Counted from the first letter of the stretch, positions 9,176 through 19,483 are shown. The stretch: 64,000 bases of DNA from Sedimentisphaerales bacterium (GCA_963663965.2 CAXXFK010000006.1:160001-224000); one strand, 5' to 3'. The notes: generated by a model not told the origin, from the letters alone. A program made the numbers and translations.

Positions 9176-11308
9176 TCATGGGGTGGCCCATTTCTCCTTG
9201 AGATAATTCTGGACGATGATGCGTTCCGGATCCGTCAGCGGACGATTGAAGATCAGAATTTCCGCGATCTGCTGGCCGCCGGTACGGATATTACCGCGGT
9301 CGCAGCATAGACGGCTGGCTTCCACATTACCGGTTGTAACCAGGCTGATCTGGGAATAGTTGGTGGCAGACAGACGGGTGTTCGTACCATTTACATTCGT
9401 GCTGTTCAGATAGGTCTTGCCGCCGCGGATATTACCCGAAGCATGGGAGCTATGCCAGATATAGCCATCGGGATTAATTTCGGTGGCTCCGCGATGGAAA
9501 TGATAGGCATCGTTGTCACCCAGCAGGAAGTTGCCGCCTTTCATCACCCAGAATACACTGCGGATGTTTTTCAGATCAGTGTCAGCGCCATCCGTATTTT
9601 TGAGCTGCATCCATTTGCCCGACGCGCTGTTGGCGTAGGCCGGGCCGAAATCGACAATACTCTTATCATTCAAACCGTCCGACACATAAGTCGGATTGCC
9701 GGCCGAACCGGCGGTGGCCATATAATAGCCGTTACCGGCCTTGTCATTCCAGCGGCTGACGCCGTTGGCGCCATCGATGGTCATCGTAGACGTGTCCGAG
9801 GCATCCAGCCAAAGCAATAACTCCACCTCGTTCAGAGTACCGGGATCGAACACGATATTCTCTTCGGCGTAATTGTGTTCCAGCCATTTGGCCGCGAACA
9901 GACTCATGTCGGTAAGATCCTCGATACAATCTTCATTGAAATCGTAGGCCAGATTCACATAGGGGACATTGGGATTGTGATGGGCGGCCTCGCAGGCGTC
10001 GGCATAAACGGTGATCTGGATCATATCGGTCTGATTAGGATTGACACCATCCGACCCTACCACCTTGAGCAGGTAAACGCCGGTATGGGTAATAAATACC
10101 CTGGGATTCAAAATGGTACTGTCTTCAAAAGTGACCGGAGGATCGGGAAATTCCGGGAAGTTAGAAGGAATGACTGACCAGGCAATCATTTCATCACCCT
10201 CGACTGGGTAGGCCAGGAAAGGTTTGTCCAGCACCAGCCCCGTTTCGGTTTGGGCCAGCCAGGTGACAATACTGGGACCTGCTTCAACCCGGGCCGGACT
10301 GTTTTGTGATTCGGTCTGGAAAGACCAGATCGCGCCGGTAATGGTGTTGGGATCGGGATTCCCGATAAGTTTGAACTGGGTATCCACTTTCCAGTAATAA
10401 ACCGTATCAAAGTCCAGATCGCCGGCTGGATCGAAAGAGGTTGCGGCATTGAAATCCCGGGTGAACGCACATCCGCTCCCGGCTTCTACTTTAGCCTGGT
10501 TGGGATCCAGGTAGACGCGATACAGGACAGAGTCGGCATCGACCAGTGAACTGCCTGAATCGTCCCACGAGAGAACCTGTTCAACCTTCACCGGGGTAAA
10601 CAGTGGATCATAGACATTGCTTGACAATCCCTGTCTGTCCGCCGGCACAGGTGTGTTGGCGCCGCCGGTTACATCATGGATGACCAGGCCGTCAAGCTGC
10701 GTACTCTTGCCGCTGACGCTGGCCGGCATGATAATGGTGAAACTGGTAGCCCCGTTGACCATGGCGGTCAATAATCCAAAGGCGTCGTTCAGACCTCCGA
10801 AGTTATAATCCACATCCACCGAAGCGCCTGTGCTGTCCTGCAAAGTAACTACCGGCACACTGTATACATGCGCGCCATTGCGACCGTCGTAATTCATATA
10901 CTGAATACGGTAAGCTTTGCCGGCATCGAGACCACTGATAATGGTTGTTATGGGGCCGTCAACATTACCGACATAATTTTCTGATCTCCAGACCGGAGCG
11001 CTGCCCAGGCCGGTATAGGTGCTGAAATTGCCACTGTAGCCATTGGTCACCGTAACGGTCAGATTCATGCCGGTATAAACCGCGCCGCTGGCCGCCGGAC
11101 TCCAGCCGTCAAAAGGAATGCCATCCAGTACGGTATCGGCCGTATCGCCAAAATCGATCGCTTCCAATAATGTACCGTTACTTTGCAGCACGGGTTGGGT
11201 TGCTGTGCCGTTGATAATGGATGCCACCTTGATATCCGCCCGGGCCCCGAGTGACAGGGATAATAGAAGGGTTAAAAACGCAATGATTGCATTCATTCTT
11301 CTTTTCAT
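9176..11308 (-). CDS. Secreted multidomain protein (unknown N-domain, Fn3-like, PKD-like, dockerin-like repeat, C-terminal LamG-like domain)
   Basis: 710 aa with signal peptide; YYWKVD module; YDFNEDCIEDLTDMSLFAAKWL; LWLDASD...FWVMKGGNFLLGD...YHFHRG. Confidence 0.8.
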   Translation of the reverse strand: MKRRMNAIIAFLTLLLSLSLGARADIKVASIINGTATQPVLQSNGTLLEAIDFGDTADTVLDGIPFDGWSPAASGAVYTGMNLTVTVTNGYSGNFSTYTGLGSAPVWRSENYVGNVDGPITTIISGLDAGKAYRIQYMNYDGRNGAHVYSVPVVTLQDSTGASVDVDYNFGGLNDAFGLLTAMVNGATSFTIIMPASVSGKSTQLDGLVIHDVTGGANTPVPADRQGLSSNVYDPLFTPVKVEQVLSWDDSGSSLVDADSVLYRVYLDPNQAKVEAGSGCAFTRDFNAATSFDPAGDLDFDTVYYWKVDTQFKLIGNPDPNTITGAIWSFQTESQNSPARVEAGPSIVTWLAQTETGLVLDKPFLAYPVEGDEMIAWSVIPSNFPEFPDPPVTFEDSTILNPRVFITHTGVYLLKVVGSDGVNPNQTDMIQITVYADACEAAHHNPNVPYVNLAYDFNEDCIEDLTDMSLFAAKWLEHNYAEENIVFDPGTLNEVELLLWLDASDTSTMTIDGANGVSRWNDKAGNGYYMATAGSAGNPTYVSDGLNDKSIVDFGPAYANSASGKWMQLKNTDGADTDLKNIRSVFWVMKGGNFLLGDNDAYHFHRGATEINPDGYIWHSSHASGNIRGGKTYLNSTNVNGTNTRLSATNYSQISLVTTGNVEASRLCCDRGNIRTGGQQIAEILIFNRPLTDPERIIVQNYLKEKWATP

Positions 11309-13428
11309 AATAATATCTCCATATTAGTAAATAAGCTTGATTCGTTAATCAATTGATGTTCTCAGATTGACCGGTTCTCAGGGCGTGCCCCATTTGGCTT
11401 TAAGGTAAGCTTCCACTTCAAGCCGTTCCTGGTCAAACAGAGGACGATTGAAAATCAGAATTTCGGCAATCTGTTGACCACCGCTACGATAAGTACGGTC
11501 ACTGCACAGGCGGCTGGATTCGATATTGCCCACGGTTACCAGACTGATCTGCGAGTAATCTACCGGAAGTCGGGTAGTGGTGCCATCAATCAGTTCGCCA
11601 TTTAAATAGGTGCTGCCGTTGCGGATGTTGCCAGACGAATAACTACCGCTCCAGATATATCCATCCGCTGCGGTTTCGGACACCCCGCGATGAAAATGAT
11701 ACGTGTTATCATCGCCCAGCAGGAAGTTGCCGCCTTTCATCACCCAGAATACCGTACGAATGTTGGAAATATTCAGGTTGCTGTCGTCTGCGGGATTCTT
11801 GAACTGCATCCATTTCGAGCTGGCATTGGCAGTGGCCGGGCCGAAATCGACAATGCCTCTGCTGTTCAGGGCGTCAGCCACATAGAGCGGATTGCCCGCA
11901 GTGCCGCCTGCGATCAGATAATAACCGTTGCCGGACTTGTCATTCCAGCGGGTGACTTCGCCGGTATTGGGATCTATGACCAGTGAAGAGGTGTCCGCGG
12001 CATCCAGCCAGAGGCTCAGGTCTTTTTCTGCAAGGATCGGATTAAAGTATACGTTCTCTTCGAGATAATTATAAGTCAGCCATTCGGTCGCCAGCAAGGT
12101 GAAATCAGACAGGCTTTCAATGCAGTCATTGTCGAAATCAAATTCCAGCTTCTCATAAGGCATTGCCGGATTATTCCGGGCCGCTTCGCAGGCGTTGGCA
12201 TAAACACGGAACTGCATCAGATCCGATTGATCCGGATTTTCACCGTCACTACCCATTACTTTGAGGGTAAAGGTGCCTGTCTGAGTTATGAATACTTTAG
12301 GATGCAAGGCGCCGGAATCGTCGAAAGATACATAATCCGAGGCTGATTCCATAAATCCAGGGATTATACCTGAAACGCACGACCACGCGAACGATTCATC
12401 ACCCTCGACAGGATAAATGAGAGAAGATCGATCCAGCACAATGCCTGTCTGACTGGCTTCCAGCCAGGTGATCAGACTCGGTCCGGCATCAATCATGGCT
12501 GGGTTGTTCAACGGTTTGGTTTTGAATGACCATATCAATCCGGTCAATTCGTTGGGGTCGCTCTGGTCGACAAATTTCAGCTTGACATCCACCCGCCAGT
12601 AATAGGTGGCACCGTTGACCAGGTCGGAGGGGGGATCGAACATTGTATTGGCGGAGTAATCCTGGAAATAAGTACAGTTGGCTGCGCCATCCTGAACTTT
12701 CACGACATTGGGATCGAGATAGAGCCGGTAATTAACCGGGTAGCCCGGATCGATTGCCGTGCTGCTGGGACCGGTCCAGGATACATTTTGAGAGATTTCC
12801 ACTTTATCAAACAGGGGAGAGGTTGGATCGGTAGCCAATCCCTGGCCATCTACCGGAACAGGGTTGGTCGCATATCCGGTGATTTCATGAATAACCAGGC
12901 CATCAAGCTGTGTGCTCTTACCGCTGGAACCAGCCGGCATGATAATCGTAAAACTGGTGGCCCCCGTAACCGTAGCGGTCAATAATCCAAAAGCATCAGC
13001 CAGCCCACCGAAGTTGTAATCCACATCCACTGAAGCGCCCGTACTGTCCTGCAGGGTAACTAACGGCACACTGTACACATACTGGCCATTGCGACCGTCG
13101 TAGTTCATATACTGAATGCGGTAGAGTCGGCCCGCATCGAGGCCACTGATAAGGGTGGTGATCGGACCGTTAGCGTTGCTGACATAATTCTCCGATTTCC
13201 AGACCGGGGCGCTGCCCAGACCGGTATAGGAGCTGAAATTACCCCCATAGCCATTGGTCACCGTCACGGTCAGATTGGCACCGGTATACACATCACCGCT
13301 GATCGCCGGGCTCCAGCCGTCAAAAGGAATGCCGTCCAGTACGGTATCGGCCGTATCGCCAAAATCGATCGCCTCTAATAATGTACCGTTACTTTGCAGC
13401 ACGGGTTGGGTTGCTGTGCCGTTGATAA
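11100..13428. repeat. 118-bp near-identical direct repeat pair (11100-11217 and 13311-13428) inside the two paralogues
   Basis: Manual alignment shows 3 mismatches in 118 bp, all synonymous. Confidence 0.85.
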
Positions 13429-13519
13429 CGGGGGAAACATCGATCGATCCCTGTACGCTGAGAGTTAGTGTCAGCAGTACATAAAACAACATCATCATTG
13501 CACTCATTCTTCTTTTCAT
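11378..13519 (-). CDS. Tandem paralogue of 9176..11308; secreted multidomain LamG-like/dockerin-like protein
   Basis: 713 aa, same domain order and near-identical N-terminal domain; RBS GGAG. Confidence 0.8.
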   Translation of the reverse strand: MKRRMSAMMMLFYVLLTLTLSVQGSIDVSPVINGTATQPVLQSNGTLLEAIDFGDTADTVLDGIPFDGWSPAISGDVYTGANLTVTVTNGYGGNFSSYTGLGSAPVWKSENYVSNANGPITTLISGLDAGRLYRIQYMNYDGRNGQYVYSVPLVTLQDSTGASVDVDYNFGGLADAFGLLTATVTGATSFTIIMPAGSSGKSTQLDGLVIHEITGYATNPVPVDGQGLATDPTSPLFDKVEISQNVSWTGPSSTAIDPGYPVNYRLYLDPNVVKVQDGAANCTYFQDYSANTMFDPPSDLVNGATYYWRVDVKLKFVDQSDPNELTGLIWSFKTKPLNNPAMIDAGPSLITWLEASQTGIVLDRSSLIYPVEGDESFAWSCVSGIIPGFMESASDYVSFDDSGALHPKVFITQTGTFTLKVMGSDGENPDQSDLMQFRVYANACEAARNNPAMPYEKLEFDFDNDCIESLSDFTLLATEWLTYNYLEENVYFNPILAEKDLSLWLDAADTSSLVIDPNTGEVTRWNDKSGNGYYLIAGGTAGNPLYVADALNSRGIVDFGPATANASSKWMQFKNPADDSNLNISNIRTVFWVMKGGNFLLGDDNTYHFHRGVSETAADGYIWSGSYSSGNIRNGSTYLNGELIDGTTTRLPVDYSQISLVTVGNIESSRLCSDRTYRSGGQQIAEILIFNRPLFDQERLEVEAYLKAKWGTP

Positions 13520-13692
13520 AAGTAGTTCTCCAATTTATAAGTCAAAACACACACTATTATCCGCTGTTTACATTACTTTCTGATACAAAATCCTCCTTAT
13601 TAAGTTTGTTCATTTTTATGACAATCGAAACATCTCGCTGTCTTTGTCAGTCGTATTTTTGTTATACTTAATATTGATTATCAGAGTGCCAT

Positions 13693-15387
13693 TTATTCCA
13701 GTTCCAGTCTGGGTTCGGCAAAAAACCCCCAGTCATTGCTGACAGACAGGTCAGAATCGGTGCTGACCAGCGTTAAAAAACGATCTTCTGGTTTTAGTTC
13801 CACCGCTATCTCAAGCAAACCCTGCTCAGGAGTAACATTTTTTATTGACTTCCGCTCCTGGCCATCCACCAGCACCCAGAAATCTTCCTGTGGTTTGAAT
13901 TGATCGTACTTCAAAGCGTCTTCGGTAATGCCGCAACTAGCTCGGAACCGCACAATTTCATATCTGGCCAGCGTTCTGCGGATCGTTTTAAGATCAAAGG
14001 TAATGCCAGCATTGGTATGGAGAGCCAGGGCCGGGTGTTCCCGGGTGCCATAATTCTGGCCGTTTGCAATCAAATTATGAGCATAAATACCGGGCATTTC
14101 ATGCCCGTTATAGATATTTTCATAAAATATCCCGCTGGTATTCGGGCAGTTCTTCCAAAAATGACCGGCGGAACTGACTTGAACAGGACCGTTTTCACCA
14201 TCCGGCGAAAAAACACCATCTACACCTAATATATTGCTGATTTCATGGTACAGATGATCTGACTGAGAATTTAATGGCCCATTTTTACGGGAAAACCTTG
14301 AACCAATCTGACCATTACAGAGGTCTGTCCATTGGTTGAGCTGACCACTGCCATAGCCATCCCCATTCCCATAAATATCTGCAAGATCGATAGATACAGG
14401 GCTACGCCAATAGCGATTCACACCCGAACTCAAATCCCGGATAAACAGGTTTTCCTGGATGGGGATTGGTTTTGTCTTCATTTCTTCCCCATTCATTTCA
14501 ACCGCGTTTCCGGATGTAATTGTTTCAAACTTGCTAGTCTTTTTATTCTGACCGGTTAGCATCATGACTTTACCTTTGAGAACATGCAATTCCAGATTGC
14601 CATTAACTCTCTCCTCCAGACCAAATTCGGTGCCAAGGTCAATGAATTTGGAGCGACTGGTTTTTACCGTGAAACCCCGCGCTTCCACAGGTACGGTTGA
14701 ATAGATTTTTCCGTAAGACAGATACATCGTATCTTCTGACTGTAAAGTCCACTGGGCTGGACCTTCAATCACTACCTGAGCGCCATTGTTAAAATGAATT
14801 TTCGCCAGTCCGGATTTCAAACCATAATGATCCTGAACCATGGCGCCGTTTTCTCGAGGCATTCGCAGGTATGTATCCCATTTTGCTCCAATCTCATCTT
14901 CCAGGCGAGCTACAACCTCACGGGTATGAACCGCCGATTCCCGCATCAACCACCGGTCCAAACCGATCAGTGCTAAACCGAAAAACAAGATAGCGGCCAT
15001 ATTGACCAAACCAAGAAAAACTTGCCTGCGGGTAGGGCGTTTACGCTGCAGTGCGAAATTTTGCTGTAACTCTTTTTCTGATAACTCGTTATTTACCTCC
15101 TGTTTAATGGCCCGTCGTATGACCGAATCGTCCAGATCTTTCTCTACTATATCCATGAAGCCCAGTTTGTCGGTTAACTCCATAGGCAATGACATCACTT
15201 CGGTAATACCACGATTTTTCTTTAACTTGAGATAAGTTGCCAGGAATTCCATGTAGTAATACCGGGCCGCCTTATTGTCGCGTAAAAGGGTTCCCATCTG
15301 CTGCCGTTCTTCTACCGTAATTGATCCATCCAGAGACCGGACTATCCATACGGCCAGGTCATTGCGGTTTACCCTCTGGTCATTCAT
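13693..15387 (-). CDS. FecR-like anti-sigma factor with a C-terminal NPCBM/NEW2-like carbohydrate-binding domain
   Basis: Single TM segment (VFLGLVNMAAILFFGLALIGL); FecR motifs GAQVVIEGPA and GFTVKTSRSKFIDLGTEFG; C-terminal FWVLVDG...RFLTLVSTD...DWGFFAEPRL; overlaps the sigma gene stop. Confidence 0.85.
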   Translation of the reverse strand: MNDQRVNRNDLAVWIVRSLDGSITVEERQQMGTLLRDNKAARYYYMEFLATYLKLKKNRGITEVMSLPMELTDKLGFMDIVEKDLDDSVIRRAIKQEVNNELSEKELQQNFALQRKRPTRRQVFLGLVNMAAILFFGLALIGLDRWLMRESAVHTREVVARLEDEIGAKWDTYLRMPRENGAMVQDHYGLKSGLAKIHFNNGAQVVIEGPAQWTLQSEDTMYLSYGKIYSTVPVEARGFTVKTSRSKFIDLGTEFGLEERVNGNLELHVLKGKVMMLTGQNKKTSKFETITSGNAVEMNGEEMKTKPIPIQENLFIRDLSSGVNRYWRSPVSIDLADIYGNGDGYGSGQLNQWTDLCNGQIGSRFSRKNGPLNSQSDHLYHEISNILGVDGVFSPDGENGPVQVSSAGHFWKNCPNTSGIFYENIYNGHEMPGIYAHNLIANGQNYGTREHPALALHTNAGITFDLKTIRRTLARYEIVRFRASCGITEDALKYDQFKPQEDFWVLVDGQERKSIKNVTPEQGLLEIAVELKPEDRFLTLVSTDSDLSVSNDWGFFAEPRLELE

Positions 15388-15985
15388 ACAAATCCCCTTT
15401 TTGCAGTTGTCGCCTCAAGCATTCCAGCAAGTTGTCATGGATGCGGGCGATTGTGCGATAAACCGTTTTCAGATTTCTACCCGTTCGGGATGAGATGTTT
15501 TTAATCGAATGATCTTCGAAATACCGCAAATAAATCAATTGTTGATCATTTTTACAAAGCTTGTCCAGGCATGCTTTTAAAATATCCAGGCTAGAATCGC
15601 TTTGTTTTATCATGTACAAAGAATCGGCTTCAAGGGCCTGTAGTACCTCGTCGTCAAAGAACATCATTGATTTCTGGCGCTTACGGGCGTCCAGCACTTC
15701 ATAACGGGCGATCGCCATGCCCCAGGCGACAAAATCTGTGCCCATTTCGAATTGCTTGAACTTTCTCCACATGACCATTGTGGTTTCCTGCATCAAATCT
15801 TCTGCATCAGTTTCGTTGGGTACCAGGCTGAGAATATATGCCAGTATCCGATAATGACACGTTGCATATAAATGAAGAAAAGCTTCGACTGTAGCATCTT
15901 GCCCATCATATTTACCCTCAGATTTTATCGATACATCTGACATCTTGACCGGTTCTTGATAATTAACAAACTCAACACGAAACAT
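15380..15985 (-). CDS. ECF sigma-70 factor (Planctomycete/Verrucomicrobia type)
   Basis: DAEDLMQET...GTDFVAWGMAIARY (region 2) and LIYLRY...SIKNIS...TVYRTIARI (region 4). Alternative start at 15943. Confidence 0.92.
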   Translation of the reverse strand: MFRVEFVNYQEPVKMSDVSIKSEGKYDGQDATVEAFLHLYATCHYRILAYILSLVPNETDAEDLMQETTMVMWRKFKQFEMGTDFVAWGMAIARYEVLDARKRQKSMMFFDDEVLQALEADSLYMIKQSDSSLDILKACLDKLCKNDQQLIYLRYFEDHSIKNISSRTGRNLKTVYRTIARIHDNLLECLRRQLQKGDLYE

Positions 15986-16327
15986 GTAATTGTATTTGCA
16001 TTATACTCAATTTGCAAACACTAAAGACTTATTCCCGGCATTTTGATTATGACAAATCCTATTTCTGAACCAAAAATATAATTTGTCATCCATTTCAAAT
16101 GAAACCGAGATATTGACCTAAGAATTTAGGCGTTATCCTACCATAAAACAGTTTTGCACCTCTTCAAACGGATCCGATTGGCAAGAACAGGTTCATCAGG
16201 TGCAGGTATTAATTAAACGGGAAAAAACATGAAAAATTCTCACATAATCTCGAAAAAAAATTGAAGATACTTTTTTCAGAGAGCAATAACGAACCTAAAC
16301 AAATGCCATCCCACCGTTTGGAATGTC

Positions 16328-16473
16328 AATGACACAGGGGCCCTATTTATACCATTTACGATTGAAAATGCCCGCTGGGCCGTGAACTAAGTATTTTGCG
16401 AGTAAAAACTTAACTTACGAGCGATCGGACAATTCCATACCCGATGGGTATAGAATATGGCCCCTGTGTCATT
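16328..16473. repeat. 146-bp element bounded by inverted repeats (REP/MITE-like)
   Basis: AATGACACAGGGGCC (16328-16342) and GGCCCCTGTGTCATT (16459-16473) form a perfect 15-bp inverted repeat that extends imperfectly inward to ~28 bp. Confidence 0.65.
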
Positions 16474-16488
16474 TTTGAAAAGCTCTGC

Positions 16489-18942
16489 TTATTCATATGT
16501 GAATAGGACTGTCGCGATTGTATCCAAATCGCTGGTGGCGCGTATCCAGTAAGCGCTAAAGCCATCCGGGAAGGCATAGTCAACCGTCTTGCCTGCTTTA
16601 AGACTAAAAGCTCGATATGGCACCCATAATCCGGTTCCGTCAACATCTACTTCCAGGGTGATCGTCGCTTCGACAGATGAAGTTAATGCGACTTTCTTTT
16701 TATCGTAACCGGTCATCAGATAGGGGTCGGAGGGTTGGTGAGCCTTGATTTCCATGTCTTTCCAAGGTCCGCCGGTACCCCTGGGTTTGCCAAGTTTCCA
16801 CAGGTCGTCTACCACGCCTGCCCAAACGGCTGCTTTTCCGTCATCACTGCGGAAAATGTTTTTGCTTTGGGTCTTTGGATCGATGCCGGTAAATAGCAGC
16901 AGGCCCATATGAGAGCAAAAATCATGAATAATCAGGTTGTGCGTGGCGATCGGGCGAATCTTGGCCAGGCCTTGCGCGTTCCGGGCCGGCAGTTCATAAA
17001 AGGTTCCATTCATGTTCAATAAATCGCGCTCGGTGGCTACTTCCCGACACATCCGTGGTGTACCAAAAGGCATTTCAGCTTGTGTATGTTTCGGCAAACG
17101 ATACCGTTTATCATCTTCGACAATTAAAACAGAAGCGGCGTCCTCCTGATACACCTCCTTCGGCGGACTGGCTGCTTCAATCAAATTCTTCATTGCCGCG
17201 GCATCGTCAACAGGGACCAGTTGCATGTTCTGATTTAATTCATAATAACCGCAAGGCTTGCCATTGGTGTCAAACGCAGTCAGTCCGAGTTTGCTGTGAC
17301 TCAGGCTTCGCATCAGACCGCCGGAAGACGCGGGTTTTTCGATGGTAGCGACTCCGGCGAAAATCGTGTCGGCCAGGGTCGGGCGATTGTCTTTATTGCG
17401 ATAATGAAAGTGTGCTGTAACACCAATGGCCTCTTTGTCGGTTTTTATGCGAATCCATGCGCCGCGGTCTTTGCTGTTGAATATCCGGTTGACGGCGCCT
17501 TTGGCAGGGACCATTATTTCACACAGCGGAGTCCATTTATCCGTGCCGTTCCTGTCTATCTCAATCATGAAAGTCACCGCTGTTTCTGTTTTGTGGCTGA
17601 GATTTAACTGGCGATAATCATATCCTGAAAACAGATAGGGTTCACTGGCGACTCCCGCTTTGACAGCATCGCGCAGCCAGATGGAACCGCGGCCGATAAC
17701 CGGTCCCAACTGATCAAGCTGTTCGGGGCGAATAAACCAGAGATTGGAATTCGATTCCTTGGGGCCGCCATATTCAGACTTAAAAGACCGTTTATTATAA
17801 AATTCAGATTTGGCCGAATCATCGCAACCAAAGACGATATGGTCGTTTAATCGGCAGAAGTCTCCGATGACTTTCAAATAGTTGGAGCGTGGGGCAATCC
17901 CTGTGGAATGGTTCTTTGAAAAGGTTGCCGGAAACCGCCAAAAGGTGCCGTGCATGGTTGCCAGAAGATCTTTTTCTCCGATCTCGCGGATCCGCGGCCA
18001 TTCCGTATTCCAGCCATGCGATCCGTCATAACTGTGACTGCCTTTGGGCAACCGGTAATAATGCCATTCATTATTATCTAATAATGCCAAAATGAGTGAG
18101 CGAGCATCCCACCCCATGGACCAGATTGGATCTGTTTCAGGATTCCGGCTGCCGTAAATGCCGTCTGGGCCGGTAACCTCCGTAAACTGATTTCGCCGAA
18201 CAAGTTGCCAGTCGTCCTGGCCGAACCACTGGGCCAATGCTCCGGATGTCAGGGTGGGGTCAGTGGTTACATTGGAATGGCGCTCACCGTTGTTGGCATA
18301 GACAACCCGCCTCTGTCCCGAATACATACCTTTGCCATGGTAGCCGGGCAGTTTCGTTATGATGCCAGCGTCTGGAGCGCCTCTGTTCCCGTCCCGGATA
18401 ATACAGGTTACTTCCAAGGTGTTAACATCTACTTCGTAGAGCCCTTCTTCCATGGTGGCATAATAGATTTTGTTTTCAGGATCAGTCAGGTGGCGGGCGT
18501 TAGCGGTCAGGCGGCCAAACATTCTATCCGGCCCGAGAACACGGATATTCTTTTGATTATCAATCAGATATGGGCCGATAATCAGTTGTCCGGATTCCGT
18601 GTGGATCATACGGTTGGCTGGAGTCCCTCCAACACTGCCGGCAAATATTTTCTGCTGCAAATCCTTTGTTATCTCGTAGAGTTTATCGGTAGAGCCGCCC
18701 GGGCAGTGGGGGGCATAGGTGATGACCCATAAACTGTTCTGCCATGGCACAATGGCCCCGGCGCCACACTCCCCTTCGGCATTCCACATGGTCAGATGAG
18801 GGTAGATGCCGGAGATGTTCAATCGATCCTCAATGGAATGGGTTGCCCTGGGATTGCTGATAGCGGCAAGGCATATCGGTTGAATTAAAAGTGCAAAAGT
18901 CAAAAGCCATAGGTATAAAATTTGAATTCTGTTACAGGTCAT
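16489..18942 (-). CDS. Secreted uncharacterised ~800-aa protein (probable beta-propeller fold); paralogue of the C-terminal part of 27449..30970
   Basis: ORF track gives 16489..18963; the RBS AGGAG favours ATG 18942. Signal peptide; motifs SGIYPHL, ECGxGAIVxW, GGTPANRMIH, GWxTEWPRIRE and REVxTER are shared with the 27449 gene. Confidence 0.8.
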   Translation of the reverse strand: MTCNRIQILYLWLLTFALLIQPICLAAISNPRATHSIEDRLNISGIYPHLTMWNAEGECGAGAIVPWQNSLWVITYAPHCPGGSTDKLYEITKDLQQKIFAGSVGGTPANRMIHTESGQLIIGPYLIDNQKNIRVLGPDRMFGRLTANARHLTDPENKIYYATMEEGLYEVDVNTLEVTCIIRDGNRGAPDAGIITKLPGYHGKGMYSGQRRVVYANNGERHSNVTTDPTLTSGALAQWFGQDDWQLVRRNQFTEVTGPDGIYGSRNPETDPIWSMGWDARSLILALLDNNEWHYYRLPKGSHSYDGSHGWNTEWPRIREIGEKDLLATMHGTFWRFPATFSKNHSTGIAPRSNYLKVIGDFCRLNDHIVFGCDDSAKSEFYNKRSFKSEYGGPKESNSNLWFIRPEQLDQLGPVIGRGSIWLRDAVKAGVASEPYLFSGYDYRQLNLSHKTETAVTFMIEIDRNGTDKWTPLCEIMVPAKGAVNRIFNSKDRGAWIRIKTDKEAIGVTAHFHYRNKDNRPTLADTIFAGVATIEKPASSGGLMRSLSHSKLGLTAFDTNGKPCGYYELNQNMQLVPVDDAAAMKNLIEAASPPKEVYQEDAASVLIVEDDKRYRLPKHTQAEMPFGTPRMCREVATERDLLNMNGTFYELPARNAQGLAKIRPIATHNLIIHDFCSHMGLLLFTGIDPKTQSKNIFRSDDGKAAVWAGVVDDLWKLGKPRGTGGPWKDMEIKAHQPSDPYLMTGYDKKKVALTSSVEATITLEVDVDGTGLWVPYRAFSLKAGKTVDYAFPDGFSAYWIRATSDLDTIATVLFTYE

Positions 18943-19450
18943 TGGATCTCCTGATAATACCATGGATTGTTAATATTATTTGCTGATTAGTAAAAAGTTT
19001 TTTATCAATATACTCAAGTTCGCTTTGATCTCCATATTATAATAACATCAGGGTGTTGCAGGGCAATTCAATTTTTGGGGGTGCGGCATCATCCCTATCC
19101 GCTAGTACCCGTGTATTCCGATGAATTGCAGGGGCCAAAGTTGCCAATCGATCAATGGCTCTGGGTAAACATGCCTTTTCGCGCGTCCATTGTTGGCAGT
19201 CAGGATTGACTTTACCATAAGGTGGATGCAGATTTTTGCCCCTTGTCTTGCCCGAAATCGCCGGATCTTTGGTCAATCGGTTTGATTTTACGGCTACGGT
19301 TCGACGCGAGAGCCTGCTTTGGCATCAGATTTCTTCCGATATTCTGCCTAATCATAAGAGCGTACCCTGGCTCGAACATTCCCCGAAGCTGGAATAATGG
19401 GTGATGCCACATTATTCTTTATGGAATATGGTTGTTGTGGGATATATAAG

Positions 19451-19483
19451 AAAAGCAGGCCGGCCATCAGGCTGGCCTGCTTT
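19451..19483 (-). terminator. Rho-independent terminator of the 19514 gene
   Basis: On the minus strand, AAAGCAGGCCAGCC-tgat-GGCCGGCCTGCTTTT, about 30 nt after the stop codon. Confidence 0.75.

Noticed and set aside
19037..19440. ~400-bp GC-richer intergenic stretch with short ORFs
   Set aside because: No recognisable motif, RBS or RNA structure in the frames I read. It may be a decayed fragment, but I cannot support a call.
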